Shown here: positions 1-8,986 of the stretch, piece by piece
Position numbering within the stretch: position 1 is the first letter of the stretch
Layout: each line of letters begins with the position of its first letter
Source: a virus
Strand: one strand, 5' to 3'
IMG/VR virus record: IMGVR_UViG_646564589_000005
Length of the DNA stretch: 64,000 nt
The notes under the pieces: generated by a model
Told to the model about the DNA's origin: nothing
What the model saw: the letters and a program-made list of their open reading frames with translations, nothing else
Database searches by the model: none
Translations under genes and position numbers: made by a program

Positions 1-111
1 TCCGTAATATTTCATGAGTAATTTCATGCCGCGAGTCCATGCGGCAGAGCGATTTTCACGTACAGCGAGACATCCCCACGATTGAGCGCGGGTTAGATTT
101 CGTTTGTTCAT
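1..111 (-). CDS. Early-left phage protein, 5' part only (MNKRNLTRAQSWGCLAVRENRSAAW...)
   Basis: ATG at 111, open to window edge, same strand as the coupled early-left operon. Confidence 0.5.
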   Translation of the reverse strand, partial: MNKRNLTRAQSWGCLAVRENRSAAWTRGMKLLMKYYG

Positions 112-117
112 GATTGA

Positions 118-192
118 TTATCTGGTGATAAGTAGAGTGAATATGACGGCGAGAATGGTGAGTGAGTAATAATAGAAACTATCGGGAATCAT
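118..192 (-). CDS. 24-aa hydrophobic peptide (MIPDSFYYYSLTILAVIFTLLITR)
   Basis: Manual translation; start overlaps the end of the upstream ORF; single TM-like stretch. Confidence 0.4.
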   Translation of the reverse strand: MIPDSFYYYSLTILAVIFTLLITR

Positions 193-613
193 TTTGCCGT
201 GCTTTCATCATTGCATCCGCTATATGATAGGACTCGACGGCCAGATATTCATAATCCGGTGCGTTTTGACCGCCACCAAATTTCGAACCATCGTAACGCC
301 GGATACCTGCGCCCATAGCCCGAGCTGCGAAATAATCCCTCAATGTTATCTCATCCGGTTTATTCTTTTGTGGGGCTATTTCGCCAGATAACCCTAATGA
401 ATCAACCAAATTTTTAACGTTATTTAATCCACCTGCGGTGACCGTGCCTTTATATTGGATTTTGTTTTTTGTTGGATAGTAAATAACTTTTCCTTGTTTT
501 GTTTGTACCGTTATAGTTCCACAGATATCAATGGTATGATTAATACCTAGTGCATTGAGCTGCCCAGATGATTCAGAAACGAGTTCCTGTTTTTTATCAC
601 TCAGCATCATCAT
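179..613 (-). CDS. Phage early protein with TLRDYFAARAM...AY.IADAM motif
   Basis: Common enterobacterial phage motif; ATG at 613 overlaps the upstream TGA (ATGA). Confidence 0.75.
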   Translation of the reverse strand: MMMLSDKKQELVSESSGQLNALGINHTIDICGTITVQTKQGKVIYYPTKNKIQYKGTVTAGGLNNVKNLVDSLGLSGEIAPQKNKPDEITLRDYFAARAMGAGIRRYDGSKFGGGQNAPDYEYLAVESYHIADAMMKARQNDSR

Positions 614-891
614 TCTTCTGTCGGTGGTTCTGGGAGTGGTTGCCAGTGGGTAATACCTATGCTGAGATACCATTTAGTCCAGAGCTGATTACCGTTTTCA
701 TCGACACCAGCGCCAATATCTCTGAAACAGTCTTCAATATGAACCATATCCATACTTCCATTCGAGAAATACACTATTACACTGTCGTCTCGTATTTCAG
801 GCAACCTCTCACTACATTTAATCCAATCCATAATTTCTCCTATATTCAGGTAATAAAAAACCTCGCATTGGCGAGGCTGGTATTTATTCAT
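610..891 (-). CDS. DUF551-family phage protein (start may be 831)
   Basis: WIKCSERLPE and ITHWQPLPEPP motifs. Confidence 0.85.
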   Translation of the reverse strand: MNKYQPRQCEVFYYLNIGEIMDWIKCSERLPEIRDDSVIVYFSNGSMDMVHIEDCFRDIGAGVDENGNQLWTKWYLSIGITHWQPLPEPPTEE

Positions 892-1126
892 TATCTTCTA
901 ATGTTACTTCAATATCTTCGGATTCATCTTCATCTGAATAAAACTCATCGTATTCAAAACCATTTGCAAACAAAATTTTTTCTATTGCCCGCTCGCGTGC
1001 ATAAATGGATAAATCAGAATCTTCTATTTCACAAATTTTCGCGTATTCTGATTCTGGTATTTCAAAGCATTGGTTATATTGTCGCGTGATGCGTGCTTCT
1101 ACTCGAATTTCAACTTTCTCACTCAT
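884..1126 (-). CDS. Highly acidic 80-aa early protein
   Basis: Coupled ORF in the early-left operon; 25 D/E versus 8 K/R. Confidence 0.7.
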   Translation of the reverse strand: MSEKVEIRVEARITRQYNQCFEIPESEYAKICEIEDSDLSIYARERAIEKILFANGFEYDEFYSDEDESEDIEVTLEDNE

Positions 1127-1182
1127 TGTTATTCTCCTATTATTAACTCACCACAGCCCACTCGTAAATGAGCTGGAGTTAG

Positions 1183-1398
1183 TCAACTGAGAGCCATCCA
1201 CTTACGGTAGAATTTACGCTGTTGCCAAGCTAATCTATTCAATGCACGACGACTAGCAGAACGTGGCTCATGATCCATAGCCCATTGACGAAAATCTAGA
1301 TAATTTCTTTTACATTCAATTACGTACCGAATATCAGACTGACGGTCACGTTTCATTGATGCCCGAATTTCGTTAATAAATTCAATATTCATACTCAC
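1183..1398 (-). CDS. Hypothetical early-left protein
   Basis: ORF in operon context with an upstream GAGG. Confidence 0.65.
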   Translation of the reverse strand: MSMNIEFINEIRASMKRDRQSDIRYVIECKRNYLDFRQWAMDHEPRSASRRALNRLAWQQRKFYRKWMALS

Positions 1399-1405
1399 CT
1401 CGCTG

Positions 1406-1669
1406 TTACTGTTGTTGATTGACGATATTTTTTTCGTCGGGAGTTAACTCATCCCAATTTTTGATGACAAATAGCTTGTCGAGAAAGTCGCAGCGTTCAT
1501 CTCCAGACCAATAATCAAAAACCAGTTTCTGACAAAATAACCCAGTATCCATCGCATCCTGTGCATTAGCGAAATACATAAATCCGCCCGCTAATTCATT
1601 TGATACCCGCGAAACTTGAGTTGCCGTTCTGTACATAATAACCACCCGATTTGATTTCACGATTTTCAT
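1406..1669 (-). CDS. Hypothetical early-left protein
   Basis: ORF immediately downstream of N. Confidence 0.65.
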   Translation of the reverse strand: MKIVKSNRVVIMYRTATQVSRVSNELAGGFMYFANAQDAMDTGLFCQKLVFDYWSGDERCDFLDKLFVIKNWDELTPDEKNIVNQQQ

Positions 1670-1670
1670 A

Positions 1671-1979
1671 TCACCCCCTAGCAGTAACGCCGCCTGACTC
1701 CAGTATCCGATTGCCAGCTCTTTGCTTGGTTGAGTAAAGAGCTACGTCACTCATGCAGCAAGATCCGCTGTTGTTGTCGTCCTTGATATCTTTCTTCAAC
1801 CCAATCATCAGTTGCGTCAGTACGTCAATTTCGTCTACTGGTTTGATAATTGAGTCGATAATTTCTTCCACTGAGCGGCTTTGAAGGTTTTGTGCTGCCT
1901 GTTTCTTTGCCAAGAAAGCAGCTCTACGCTCATAACGACGAGTTGCGTAGTCACTCCGTATAACGGTTACTGTTGTCAT
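1671..1979 (-). CDS. N: Antitermination protein N (P22 gp24/lambda N-like)
   Basis: Arg-rich motif ATRRYERR; C-terminal DVALYS...VTAR as in P22 N; first gene of the pL operon; nut sites present. Confidence 0.85.
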   Translation of the reverse strand: MTTVTVIRSDYATRRYERRAAFLAKKQAAQNLQSRSVEEIIDSIIKPVDEIDVLTQLMIGLKKDIKDDNNSGSCCMSDVALYSTKQRAGNRILESGGVTARG

Positions 1980-2133
1980 ATCGCCTCCGTAAATAAGTTT
2001 TGGTGGTGTAGTGACAGGTGCTGATCTCCTGCATGGGGTTACAACGGCTCAATATCCTGAACTGGCTGTAACTCACTGGAATAACGCATCAGTCTGCGTA
2101 TTCACTACACCCCAAAACCTACTCAGTGGGGTT

Positions 2134-2176
2134 GATTCAAGAATGCCTGAATCTGTTCCGGTAATGTTAAAGAGCG
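2134..2176 (-). promoter_or_regulatory. nutL: nutL: boxA CGCTCTTTAACA plus boxB hairpin GATTCA-GGCATTCT-TGAATC
   Basis: Consensus boxA at 2165-2176; hairpin at 2134-2153 matches the nutR hairpin loop. Confidence 0.85.
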
Positions 2177-2220
2177 AATTTCCTTTTAGTTTTGGCTTCC
2201 TGCCGTTGATAAATATATAT

Positions 2221-2290
2221 TGAACCAAAAGTACGAAATAGACAAGTACCAAAAGTACAAATTATTTTAAATATATAGTACTTTTGGCAT
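2221..2290. promoter_or_regulatory. OL: three repressor operators (GAACCAAAAGTAC 2222-2234, GTACCAAAAGTAC 2246-2258, degenerate 2278-2290)
   Basis: Same 13-bp GWACY-N3-RGTWC motif is repeated at OR. Confidence 0.8.
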
Positions 2291-2382
2291 AACTAATTGT
2301 TAGATAAGGAAATAAATTTTTGAGATTATTTTAATTTGTGATTGGGGTCACTAATCGACCAAAGGGAGGATATAAACAGGCA

Positions 2383-2407
2383 CAAAAAAGCCCTCGCGGG
2401 GAGGGCT
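2383..2407 (-). terminator. Intrinsic terminator of the cI-downstream operon
   Basis: AGCCCTC-N5-GAGGGCT stem followed by a T run on the minus strand. Confidence 0.8.
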
Positions 2408-2419
2408 GTATATAGATGT

Positions 2420-3175
2420 TTAAGCTGCCAGTCGTGACACCCACGTCTCTCTTTTAGTAAATGGTAAGATATGACTGGTTTCATTAAACAATAATGATAA
2501 TTGTTGAATTTGATCACCTATCGAATCGTTATCAACAACAACATATCTATTATTCAAGTCTGAATTGGAGTTTTTAAGATCAATTAGTTTGCCAAGCAAG
2601 GAATAGGCACTGTTCCAACTACCGTTTTTTTTCACGCTGGATGTGAAGATATACTTAGGTGTTGGTGTGTTAATCGTCACTGGTATAACTATTTGATGCC
2701 CACTCATACCCATAACTGAACCTCGTAAAGAAATAATATCTTTTAGTTCAGTATGATATAAAAAGTTTATAACTTGACCTTCAAATTTTTCTGCTTGCAC
2801 TGGTTGGTGCCAATCTTGTGATAAAGTGGATGCTATGATTCCAGCTCTAATAACGCCAGAAGTTACGGAGCCAACAGTATCTTCTGTCGCCCAACCAATA
2901 ATCTCACCTCTTTCATTCAATTCAGAGCCTTGGTTCTTTAGGAAGGCTCTGATTTCTTCGATTCTTTTTTTTGTAAGTGAGATTCCTCTGGCTTCCATGT
3001 TCATTAAAGTATCACACCTGTCACTTACTAAATACTTACCATTTATCTCTTTGACAAAGGCACCAACATGCTCGCCATCATCACAATATGTGAAGGGGCT
3101 AATTATTCTCAGTAGCTCAGAGCCAATTGGGTGGCATTCGAACCCTAGATTTGATATCACAGTTGAGCACATCAT
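2420..3175 (-). CDS. DUF1828-like protein with a restriction-endonuclease-like C-terminal region
   Basis: SPF..DDGE.....V.SD..DTL motif and G.SGH..IPV segment recognised from DUF1828/DUF1829 proteins. Confidence 0.7.
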   Translation of the reverse strand: MMCSTVISNLGFECHPIGSELLRIISPFTYCDDGEHVGAFVKEINGKYLVSDRCDTLMNMEARGISLTKKRIEEIRAFLKNQGSELNERGEIIGWATEDTVGSVTSGVIRAGIIASTLSQDWHQPVQAEKFEGQVINFLYHTELKDIISLRGSVMGMSGHQIVIPVTINTPTPKYIFTSSVKKNGSWNSAYSLLGKLIDLKNSNSDLNNRYVVVDNDSIGDQIQQLSLLFNETSHILPFTKRETWVSRLAA

Positions 3176-3738
3176 AACGGTAATCCTATTTGTCCAGAAT
3201 CATTTTCTAAAGGTAATGGCAGTTTTCCTATACAAGTAATATTTAGTTTCTCACAGAAAAAATTCCAATATCCAAGCAAATCATCTGGCTTTATGTTGCT
3301 TTTGATTGGAAATCCTACTCCACTATAATGCCCTGCTTCTTCGTAGTAAATATGATAATGAGCGCCTAATACATACTCTTTAAAGTCTGGGTGGTCTATT
3401 CTGTAACGATTTGTATGTCCATCAAATGGATATGTATCAACAGCAAAAACTCGTTTTTTATTATAAAAAGCTACGATATTTATCTTTGGATAAACCGGAT
3501 CTCCTTCCCGTTTGGGTTCATGATCTGGTTTCCACTGGATAAGAACAGATAACCCTTGAATAGGTATACCATCAGAGTCTGTTGGGAGCAGGCTCATTTG
3601 TAACCATAAAAAAGGTTTATTTGGGGGTGGTTTCTCCCCCCATCTAACACCAGTAAAATCAACCTGCTTTTTACAGTAAAGCACATTATCAACTTCTGCC
3701 TGACTAGGAAGGTAATCTGTAGATTTTGCCACTGTCAA
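3172..3738 (-). CDS. DUF6978-like protein, partner of the DUF1828 gene (TTG start)
   Basis: HTN...GAHYHIY motif; 4-nt overlap with the downstream gene. Confidence 0.6.
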   Translation of the reverse strand: MTVAKSTDYLPSQAEVDNVLYCKKQVDFTGVRWGEKPPPNKPFLWLQMSLLPTDSDGIPIQGLSVLIQWKPDHEPKREGDPVYPKINIVAFYNKKRVFAVDTYPFDGHTNRYRIDHPDFKEYVLGAHYHIYYEEAGHYSGVGFPIKSNIKPDDLLGYWNFFCEKLNITCIGKLPLPLENDSGQIGLPL

Positions 3739-3944
3739 TTATCCATTTTATCTATCGCTCTCTAGAATGTGTCATCAGAACACTGAGGCTTAACCATTTT
3801 ACCCTACACAATCCTGTTAACCTTTTGATCGAAAATTGTCTAATTTGTGACACAAGGTGAAAGCCGCTCCTCGCAGCCTATATTAAAATTTATGACATAG
3901 TTAACATTTCAAATAGTGATTGTTTACTATTGATATATGTTTTG

Positions 3945-4391
3945 TTAACTTGCTTTACTGCCACGTTTTGCCAGCATTTCCGAAAAAATCGCATCAAAAT
4001 GTGCCGCTTTTGTCTGCATTTCTTTCAAAAAACGCTTAGCTTCTTCTGCCGGCAACCTATCAAATAGTTCTAATAGTTCTTCTTGTTCCTTAGTTAGATT
4101 TCTAACTAGTGGTTTAACTTCCCGTGTTTTCTCTGGGCGAGCGTTATCGCTGGTATTATCTATACCATGCTGTAGCCAGACGATATCGACATTAAGGTAA
4201 TCAGCGAGAGCATTCATCTTTTCCTGTCTAGGTAAAGATTCCGAATTAAACCATTTGCTCACCGCCTTAGATGACACCCCTAAAGCTCTGACTATCGCAG
4301 CTCCCCGACCATGTTCATTTAGACCAGCCCGCTCACAGGCTTGCGCCAGCCGCTGGGAAAATTGTTCGCGCGTTTTTTCTGTCTGTACCAT
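3945..4391 (-). CDS. cI: CI-type repressor, HTH-XRE, no S24 peptidase domain
   Basis: HTH ALGVSSKAVSKWF; divergent from cro; flanked by operators. Confidence 0.9.
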   Translation of the reverse strand: MVQTEKTREQFSQRLAQACERAGLNEHGRGAAIVRALGVSSKAVSKWFNSESLPRQEKMNALADYLNVDIVWLQHGIDNTSDNARPEKTREVKPLVRNLTKEQEELLELFDRLPAEEAKRFLKEMQTKAAHFDAIFSEMLAKRGSKAS

Positions 4392-4453
4392 AAGTACGAT
4401 GATAATCCACTTGAAAAAACTTTCAGTTCAATCATAATGTGTACTGAAAGTAC
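4385..4453. promoter_or_regulatory. OR: operators GTACCATAAGTAC (4385-4397), degenerate site (4417-4429), GTACTGAAAGTAC (4441-4453)
   Basis: Three copies of the OL motif between cI and cro. Confidence 0.8.
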
Positions 4454-4471
4454 GAAAATAAAGGAGTGACT

Positions 4472-4699
4472 ATGCGATCTTTGGAAGAACCAATTAAAAA
4501 TATTGGCATTACCGAAGTAGCTCATGCATGTGGAGTTAGCGAAAGAGCCGTTTATAAGTGGCTTAAAAACGGATTTCTCCCCAAGACAGAGTTTTTTGGT
4601 AAGACCAACTATGCCGAGAAGATCCAACAAATTTCTGATGGCAAATATCAGGCGAACGATTTGTTAGATATCAGCAGGAAAAAACTGCTCTCAGCATAA
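4472..4699 (+). CDS. cro: Cro-like repressor
   Basis: HTH EVAHACGVSERAVYKW; position; AAGGAG RBS. Confidence 0.88.
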   Translation: MRSLEEPIKNIGITEVAHACGVSERAVYKWLKNGFLPKTEFFGKTNYAEKIQQISDGKYQANDLLDISRKKLLSA

Positions 4700-4706
4700 C
4701 CAGTAC

Positions 4707-4748
4707 CGCTCTTTAACATTATCGATCCGCTCTAGGCGCTCTTGGAGC
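4707..4748 (+). promoter_or_regulatory. nutR: nutR: boxA CGCTCTTTAACA plus boxB GCTCTA-GGCGCTCT-TGGAGC
   Basis: Consensus boxA at 4707-4718 right after cro; hairpin at 4729-4748. Confidence 0.85.
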
Positions 4749-4838
4749 AACTCACCATCATCTATCTCAGGATAGACGATATTCCTGTTTATTTAATAAA
4801 CAAACATTAACTGAATTTAACTATAGGAACTGTAGCAG

Positions 4839-5201
4839 ATGGAAGTCGCAAAAACTCGCAATACTCGCGTTACGTGTAAACCCCAAGAGCTGGAAACATT
4901 TTGGTTCAAATCAGCCGCGGAAACTGGAAACAGTCCGTTAGCCAGAGACATGGGAATTCACCCAACGGGATTGAGTCGGGAAAAGAGCCGGATCGTAAAA
5001 CTGGCTAGCAGGTTGGTTGTGGAATTGGGGTTACCAGAAGGAAGCGTTGCAGCGCCGGGATGTGAGGCGAACATTGTTCTGACAGGCATTGAAGCCAGCC
5101 AATTGTTATCAGCATTGGATAACCTCAGATACCCAAAAAGAAAAACCTCGGCTGTTCGAGCAACCGAGGCTTCTGAAATGCAACTTGAGATGTCGATTTA
5201 A
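4839..5201 (+). CDS. cII: CII-like activator
   Basis: Position after nutR; HTH; C-terminal KRK..AV..E.Q.EM tail as in P22 C1. Confidence 0.8.
   Translation: MEVAKTRNTRVTCKPQELETFWFKSAAETGNSPLARDMGIHPTGLSREKSRIVKLASRLVVELGLPEGSVAAPGCEANIVLTGIEASQLLSALDNLRYPKRKTSAVRATEASEMQLEMSI
5135..5171 (-). terminator. oop: Terminator of a probable OOP-like antisense RNA within the cII 3' end
   Basis: CCTCGG/CCGAGG stem plus T run on the minus strand; same position as lambda oop. Confidence 0.55.
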
Positions 5202-5260
5202 CGACTGAGAGGAAGTATGCAAGTCCCTCTCAACAACACATTTAACAGAGGTAATTATAC

Positions 5261-5428
5261 ATGAAACCGAAATTTAATCACAGCGCAGTGCATAAAAATC
5301 TCACGCGCGAACGGGAGGCTCGTTTAGTCACCGAACAGGGATGTGAAAAACTGCGTGATGCTCTGGAGGATGCCAAATTGCGGCTGGAGCATCGCGAGGA
5401 ACTGACCGGAGGGAAACGCCATGAGTAA
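5261..5428 (+). CDS. 55-aa protein between cII and O (P22 orf48/DUF2740-like position)
   Basis: Manual translation MKPKFNHSAVHKNLTRERE...; GAGG RBS; overlaps the O start. Confidence 0.6.
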   Translation: MKPKFNHSAVHKNLTREREARLVTEQGCEKLRDALEDAKLRLEHREELTGGKRHE

Positions 5429-6266
5429 CGTTGCATACGCTGATTTTGGAGCTAAAAACAGGCAAGAGAGGCCGACGGTGACAGTGGCGAATCTTGAAGA
5501 TGGGTTCACCAGAATAGCAAATGACATTCTTGATGCCGTTTTGTTGTCTGGCTTCAATGCAACGCAGTTGCACATTTTGATTGCTATCTGGAGAAAAACC
5601 TACGGGTTTAATAAAAAAATAGACTGGATTGGTAATGATCAGTTCGAACGAATGACCACCAAAGACAGCACTAAATGCTCTACCGCAAAAAATCAGTTAA
5701 TCAAGATGAAAGTGCTGATACAAAACGGTCGTCAGGTGGGCATGAACAAGAACATTTCGGAGTGGGAGACCAAGTTTAACGGATTCGGTAAAAGTTTTAC
5801 CAAATCGGTAAAGAAAAGTTTTACCGAATCAGTAAACGACTCTTTACCGAATCAGTCAAACACAAAAGACAATATTACAAAAGACAAGAAAGACAATAAT
5901 ACACCCCTTACCCCTCAAGAGGGGAATGAGGATGAGGTGGCTAAACCTAAAAAGCGAAAATCCACTCCCAGCATCAACTACGACGAATACCTCAGTGCCT
6001 ACAACGAGGAGGTTGGCGAGAAATTACCACACGCTGTAGAAGCCAATAGCAGACGCCAAAGAGCCTTAAAGAAAATCATTTCAAAGCTAGTCACTCAGAA
6101 CGTGGATGGCTGGAGAGCTTACGTTAAGGCATTCGTGAAAATGGCTCGTCCGTTTTATTTTGGAGAAAACGACAGGGGCTGGACGGCGGATATTGATTAT
6201 TTGCTGAGAGAAACAACGCTAACTGGCGTTCGTGAAGGAAAATTTGTAGGGAGAGATCATGAATAA
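5421..6266 (+). CDS. O: Replication initiator, O/gp18 family
   Basis: [25 protein letters not shown]-terminus; internal iterons. Confidence 0.92.
   Translation: MSNVAYADFGAKNRQERPTVTVANLEDGFTRIANDILDAVLLSGFNATQLHILIAIWRKTYGFNKKIDWIGNDQFERMTTKDSTKCSTAKNQLIKMKVLIQNGRQVGMNKNISEWETKFNGFGKSFTKSVKKSFTESVNDSLPNQSNTKDNITKDKKDNNTPLTPQEGNEDEVAKPKKRKSTPSINYDEYLSAYNEEVGEKLPHAVEANSRRQRALKKIISKLVTQNVDGWRAYVKAFVKMARPFYFGENDRGWTADIDYLLRETTLTGVREGKFVGRDHE
5784..5859. repeat. Origin iterons of prophage 1 (TTTACCRAATCRGTAAA-like, 3-4 copies)
   Basis: Tandem palindromic repeats inside O. Confidence 0.8.
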
Positions 6267-7629
6267 TTACGATTTTGAATCCAGTGTGATTGGCGGATTG
6301 TTGATTAGTGGACTCACACCTGATGCCAGTGATGTATTGGCAACACTGGAGCCAGAGGCGTTTGCTACCCCGTTCTACCGAGAATTATTCAAAACCATTC
6401 GCTCACAGGCCAAAACCAGAGGGTTAATTGATTCTCTGATGGTGGCTGATGCGATGGGTGAAAATCATTTCGCCAATGTCATGATGACTGCCAAGAACTG
6501 CCCCAGCGCCGCTAACCTTACTGGCTATGCGAACACAGTTTCAGCCAACTATGAGCGCAGGCTCATGATTGAGTTAATTGATGAGGCTAAGGAACGCATT
6601 CTGAGTGGCACGGTTGAGAATGCAGCGGAGTCTATGGACTGGTTTATTTCCCAAGTTGCAGAGGTGCGTAAGCCACGCGATGAGATCCGTCCGCTGCATG
6701 TTTCTGAGTTACTGGATGATTACACTGAGGTTTTGGAGAAACGCCTCAAAAATGGCGAGCAATCAGACACGTTGAAGACCGGCATTGAAGAGCTGGACGA
6801 GATCACCGGTGGTATAAACCCCGTCGATTTGGTGATTGTTGCTGCTCGCCCCGGCATGGGTAAAACAGAGTTTGCGCTGAAAGTCGCGGAGGGAGTCGCA
6901 AACCAGACAATCACAGGAACCAAACAGAAACGCGGTGTACTGATCTTCTCAATGGAAATGGATTCCCAGCAGATTATCGAACGCCAGTTGGCTGGAGCCG
7001 CTAACCTGCCAGTATCAGCTTTACGAAATCCTGCCCGACTGGATGATGAGGGCTGGGATTGGGTTACTGTTGGACTGAGGCGATTACAAAATCTGGATGT
7101 ATGGATCATTGATGCCAGTAAATTGACGGTGGAGCAAATTGCTTCAATTTCACGGCGCCACAAGAAAGCACATCCGGCATTATCTCTCATCATGGTTGAT
7201 TATCTGGGGCTGATTGATAAACCAAAGGCAGAGCGTAATGATCTGGCCGTGGCGCATATTTCTTCCAGCTTAAAACGACTGGCGAAAGACCTAAAAACGC
7301 CTGTTATAGCCCTGAGCCAGCTATCCCGCGATGTTGAAAAGCGCGCAGATAGGCGTCCGGTCAACGCAGACTTACGAGATTCCGGCAGTATTGAGCAAGA
7401 TGCGGACAGCATCATCATGTTGTATCGCGATGCGGTGTACAATGAGAATTCCCCCGCAGCGCCCTATGCTGAAATTATTGTTACAAAAAACAGGTTCGGG
7501 CAGCTTGGAACGGTCTATCAGCGTTTCAAACATGGTCATTTCATGCCGACTGATCAGGACGAGGCCGCGCGGATCTGTCATAGCAACGATAAACCACAAA
7601 AGCGCTTCGCGAAAGGCGCTAACGTTTAA
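6259..7629 (+). CDS. dnaB: Phage DnaB-like replicative helicase
   Basis: ARPGMGKT Walker [26 protein letters not shown]. Confidence 0.95.
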   Translation: MNNYDFESSVIGGLLISGLTPDASDVLATLEPEAFATPFYRELFKTIRSQAKTRGLIDSLMVADAMGENHFANVMMTAKNCPSAANLTGYANTVSANYERRLMIELIDEAKERILSGTVENAAESMDWFISQVAEVRKPRDEIRPLHVSELLDDYTEVLEKRLKNGEQSDTLKTGIEELDEITGGINPVDLVIVAARPGMGKTEFALKVAEGVANQTITGTKQKRGVLIFSMEMDSQQIIERQLAGAANLPVSALRNPARLDDEGWDWVTVGLRRLQNLDVWIIDASKLTVEQIASISRRHKKAHPALSLIMVDYLGLIDKPKAERNDLAVAHISSSLKRLAKDLKTPVIALSQLSRDVEKRADRRPVNADLRDSGSIEQDADSIIMLYRDAVYNENSPAAPYAEIIVTKNRFGQLGTVYQRFKHGHFMPTDQDEAARICHSNDKPQKRFAKGANV

Positions 7630-7651
7630 CCCCACCATAAGGACTTTTGAG

Positions 7652-7927
7652 ATGAGTCTAGATCTACTACATGAACGTGAAAAAGAAAGGGCAGCAGATG
7701 CCGTCAAAATCAACAATGGACGTAAGCCGCAGTTTGGTGACCACATGCGCAATCCGTGGGCGGGAGAAATTAACCCGCATCGGGATGGCTATTTTGTCAG
7801 AGCGCGACGTGTTACTGGAAAATTTAATCCCGGCTTGTGGTATCAGATGACCGACAAAAAAGGCCAGTTTTGGGAGATTGAAGGTAAGTACGCAATATTC
7901 ATTGATCATTTGGAGGGGGTGAAATGA
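7652..7927 (+). CDS. Hypothetical nin-region protein (91 aa)
   Basis: ATG with AAGGA upstream; stop overlaps the next gene. Confidence 0.6.
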   Translation: MSLDLLHEREKERAADAVKINNGRKPQFGDHMRNPWAGEINPHRDGYFVRARRVTGKFNPGLWYQMTDKKGQFWEIEGKYAIFIDHLEGVK

Positions 7928-8373
7928 AACTAAAAACGAGTGAGCTGACTGGTCGGGCGTTGGATTTTTCCGTAGCTAAAGCGACAGATATGGATATTTA
8001 TATTTTTGGCCGCCCTAGTGATGCTGAATATGGATGGATTGGTAATAACAACGTCACAATGGAGTCATTTTTAACGTCCATAGTTACTATTGATTTTTGT
8101 GGGAAAATGCGTATTGAGTTCAACGGTGAAGCAAAATCTTACTCTCCATCAACTAACTGGTCTCAGTGTGGCGAGTTGATTGAGAAATACCATATTGAAT
8201 TGTATTTTAATTCAGTAAACGAAGTCTGGTCGGCATACATATTTAATTATGAAAAGTTTGAAAGTGTAATTGAAGATGGCAGCACCCCACAAATCGCCAT
8301 CTGTCGCGCGGTAGTGGCTGCTAAGTTGGGTGATGAGATAGAGATACCAGATGAGCTGGTGGAGGGGGTATGA
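7924..8373 (+). CDS. DUF2591/NinX-family protein
   Basis: KTSELTG.ALD..VA, YSPST.W.QCG.LIEK, IAICRAVV motifs. Confidence 0.85.
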   Translation: MKLKTSELTGRALDFSVAKATDMDIYIFGRPSDAEYGWIGNNNVTMESFLTSIVTIDFCGKMRIEFNGEAKSYSPSTNWSQCGELIEKYHIELYFNSVNEVWSAYIFNYEKFESVIEDGSTPQIAICRAVVAAKLGDEIEIPDELVEGV

Positions 8374-8540
8374 CACGGCTTGAGTTGTGTCCTGAATGTG
8401 ACAGCGACGATTTTTTGGCGATAAATGGGATCCGCCCCTGTAATTTTGTAGAGTGTTACAGATGCGGCAATTCAGTTTATGGAACTGACGCACACGCAGC
8501 AATTCAGGCATGGAACCAGAGGGCAAATAACGGAGGTTAG
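8370..8540 (+). CDS. lar: Lar-like restriction-alleviation Zn-ribbon protein (56 aa, absent from ORF track)
   Basis: CPEC...CYRC plus AAIQAWNQRA motif; ATGA overlap. Confidence 0.75.
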   Translation: MTRLELCPECDSDDFLAINGIRPCNFVECYRCGNSVYGTDAHAAIQAWNQRANNGG

Positions 8541-8542
8541 GA

Positions 8543-8986
8543 ATGGAGTGTAATTTTCTATTCCATGAATCAACCAAACACACCGCATGGCAACAACTCA
8601 AAGAAGTTCTCGCAACAAACCAACCTCACCGCATTATTATCAAACCGTGGAAAAACACCCGCTCATTATCTCAGAACGCGACCGCACATATGTGGTTTGG
8701 CGAGATTAGTCGTTTTCTGAAATCTAATGGCGCTAAATTCTCACCGGATGAAGTCAAGGAAATGATGAAACACACATTTTTGGGCTATGAGGCAGTGGAG
8801 CGGATTGATGCCAGAACTCAGGAACCAGAGCGTGTCAGGACACTGCGCCAGACCTCCAAATTGGACACAGGCGAGATGTTTCGATTCATGGAGCAGGTTG
8901 AACAATGGGCTGCTGGATTAGGTTGTTTTGTGACAATTCCGCATGACAGCGAGTATATGAAACTCAAAGAGGAGCAAGAACGGTGA
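8543..8986 (+). CDS. NinB/YbcN-family protein
   Basis: RSLSQNA..H.W..EIS and TSKL..GEM..FME motifs. Confidence 0.85.
   Translation: MECNFLFHESTKHTAWQQLKEVLATNQPHRIIIKPWKNTRSLSQNATAHMWFGEISRFLKSNGAKFSPDEVKEMMKHTFLGYEAVERIDARTQEPERVRTLRQTSKLDTGEMFRFMEQVEQWAAGLGCFVTIPHDSEYMKLKEEQER

Noticed and set aside
2011-2517. ORFs 2011-2223 (+) and 2326-2517 (-)
   Set aside because: They overlap nutL/OL, the terminator and the DUF1828 3' end; explained by regulatory DNA
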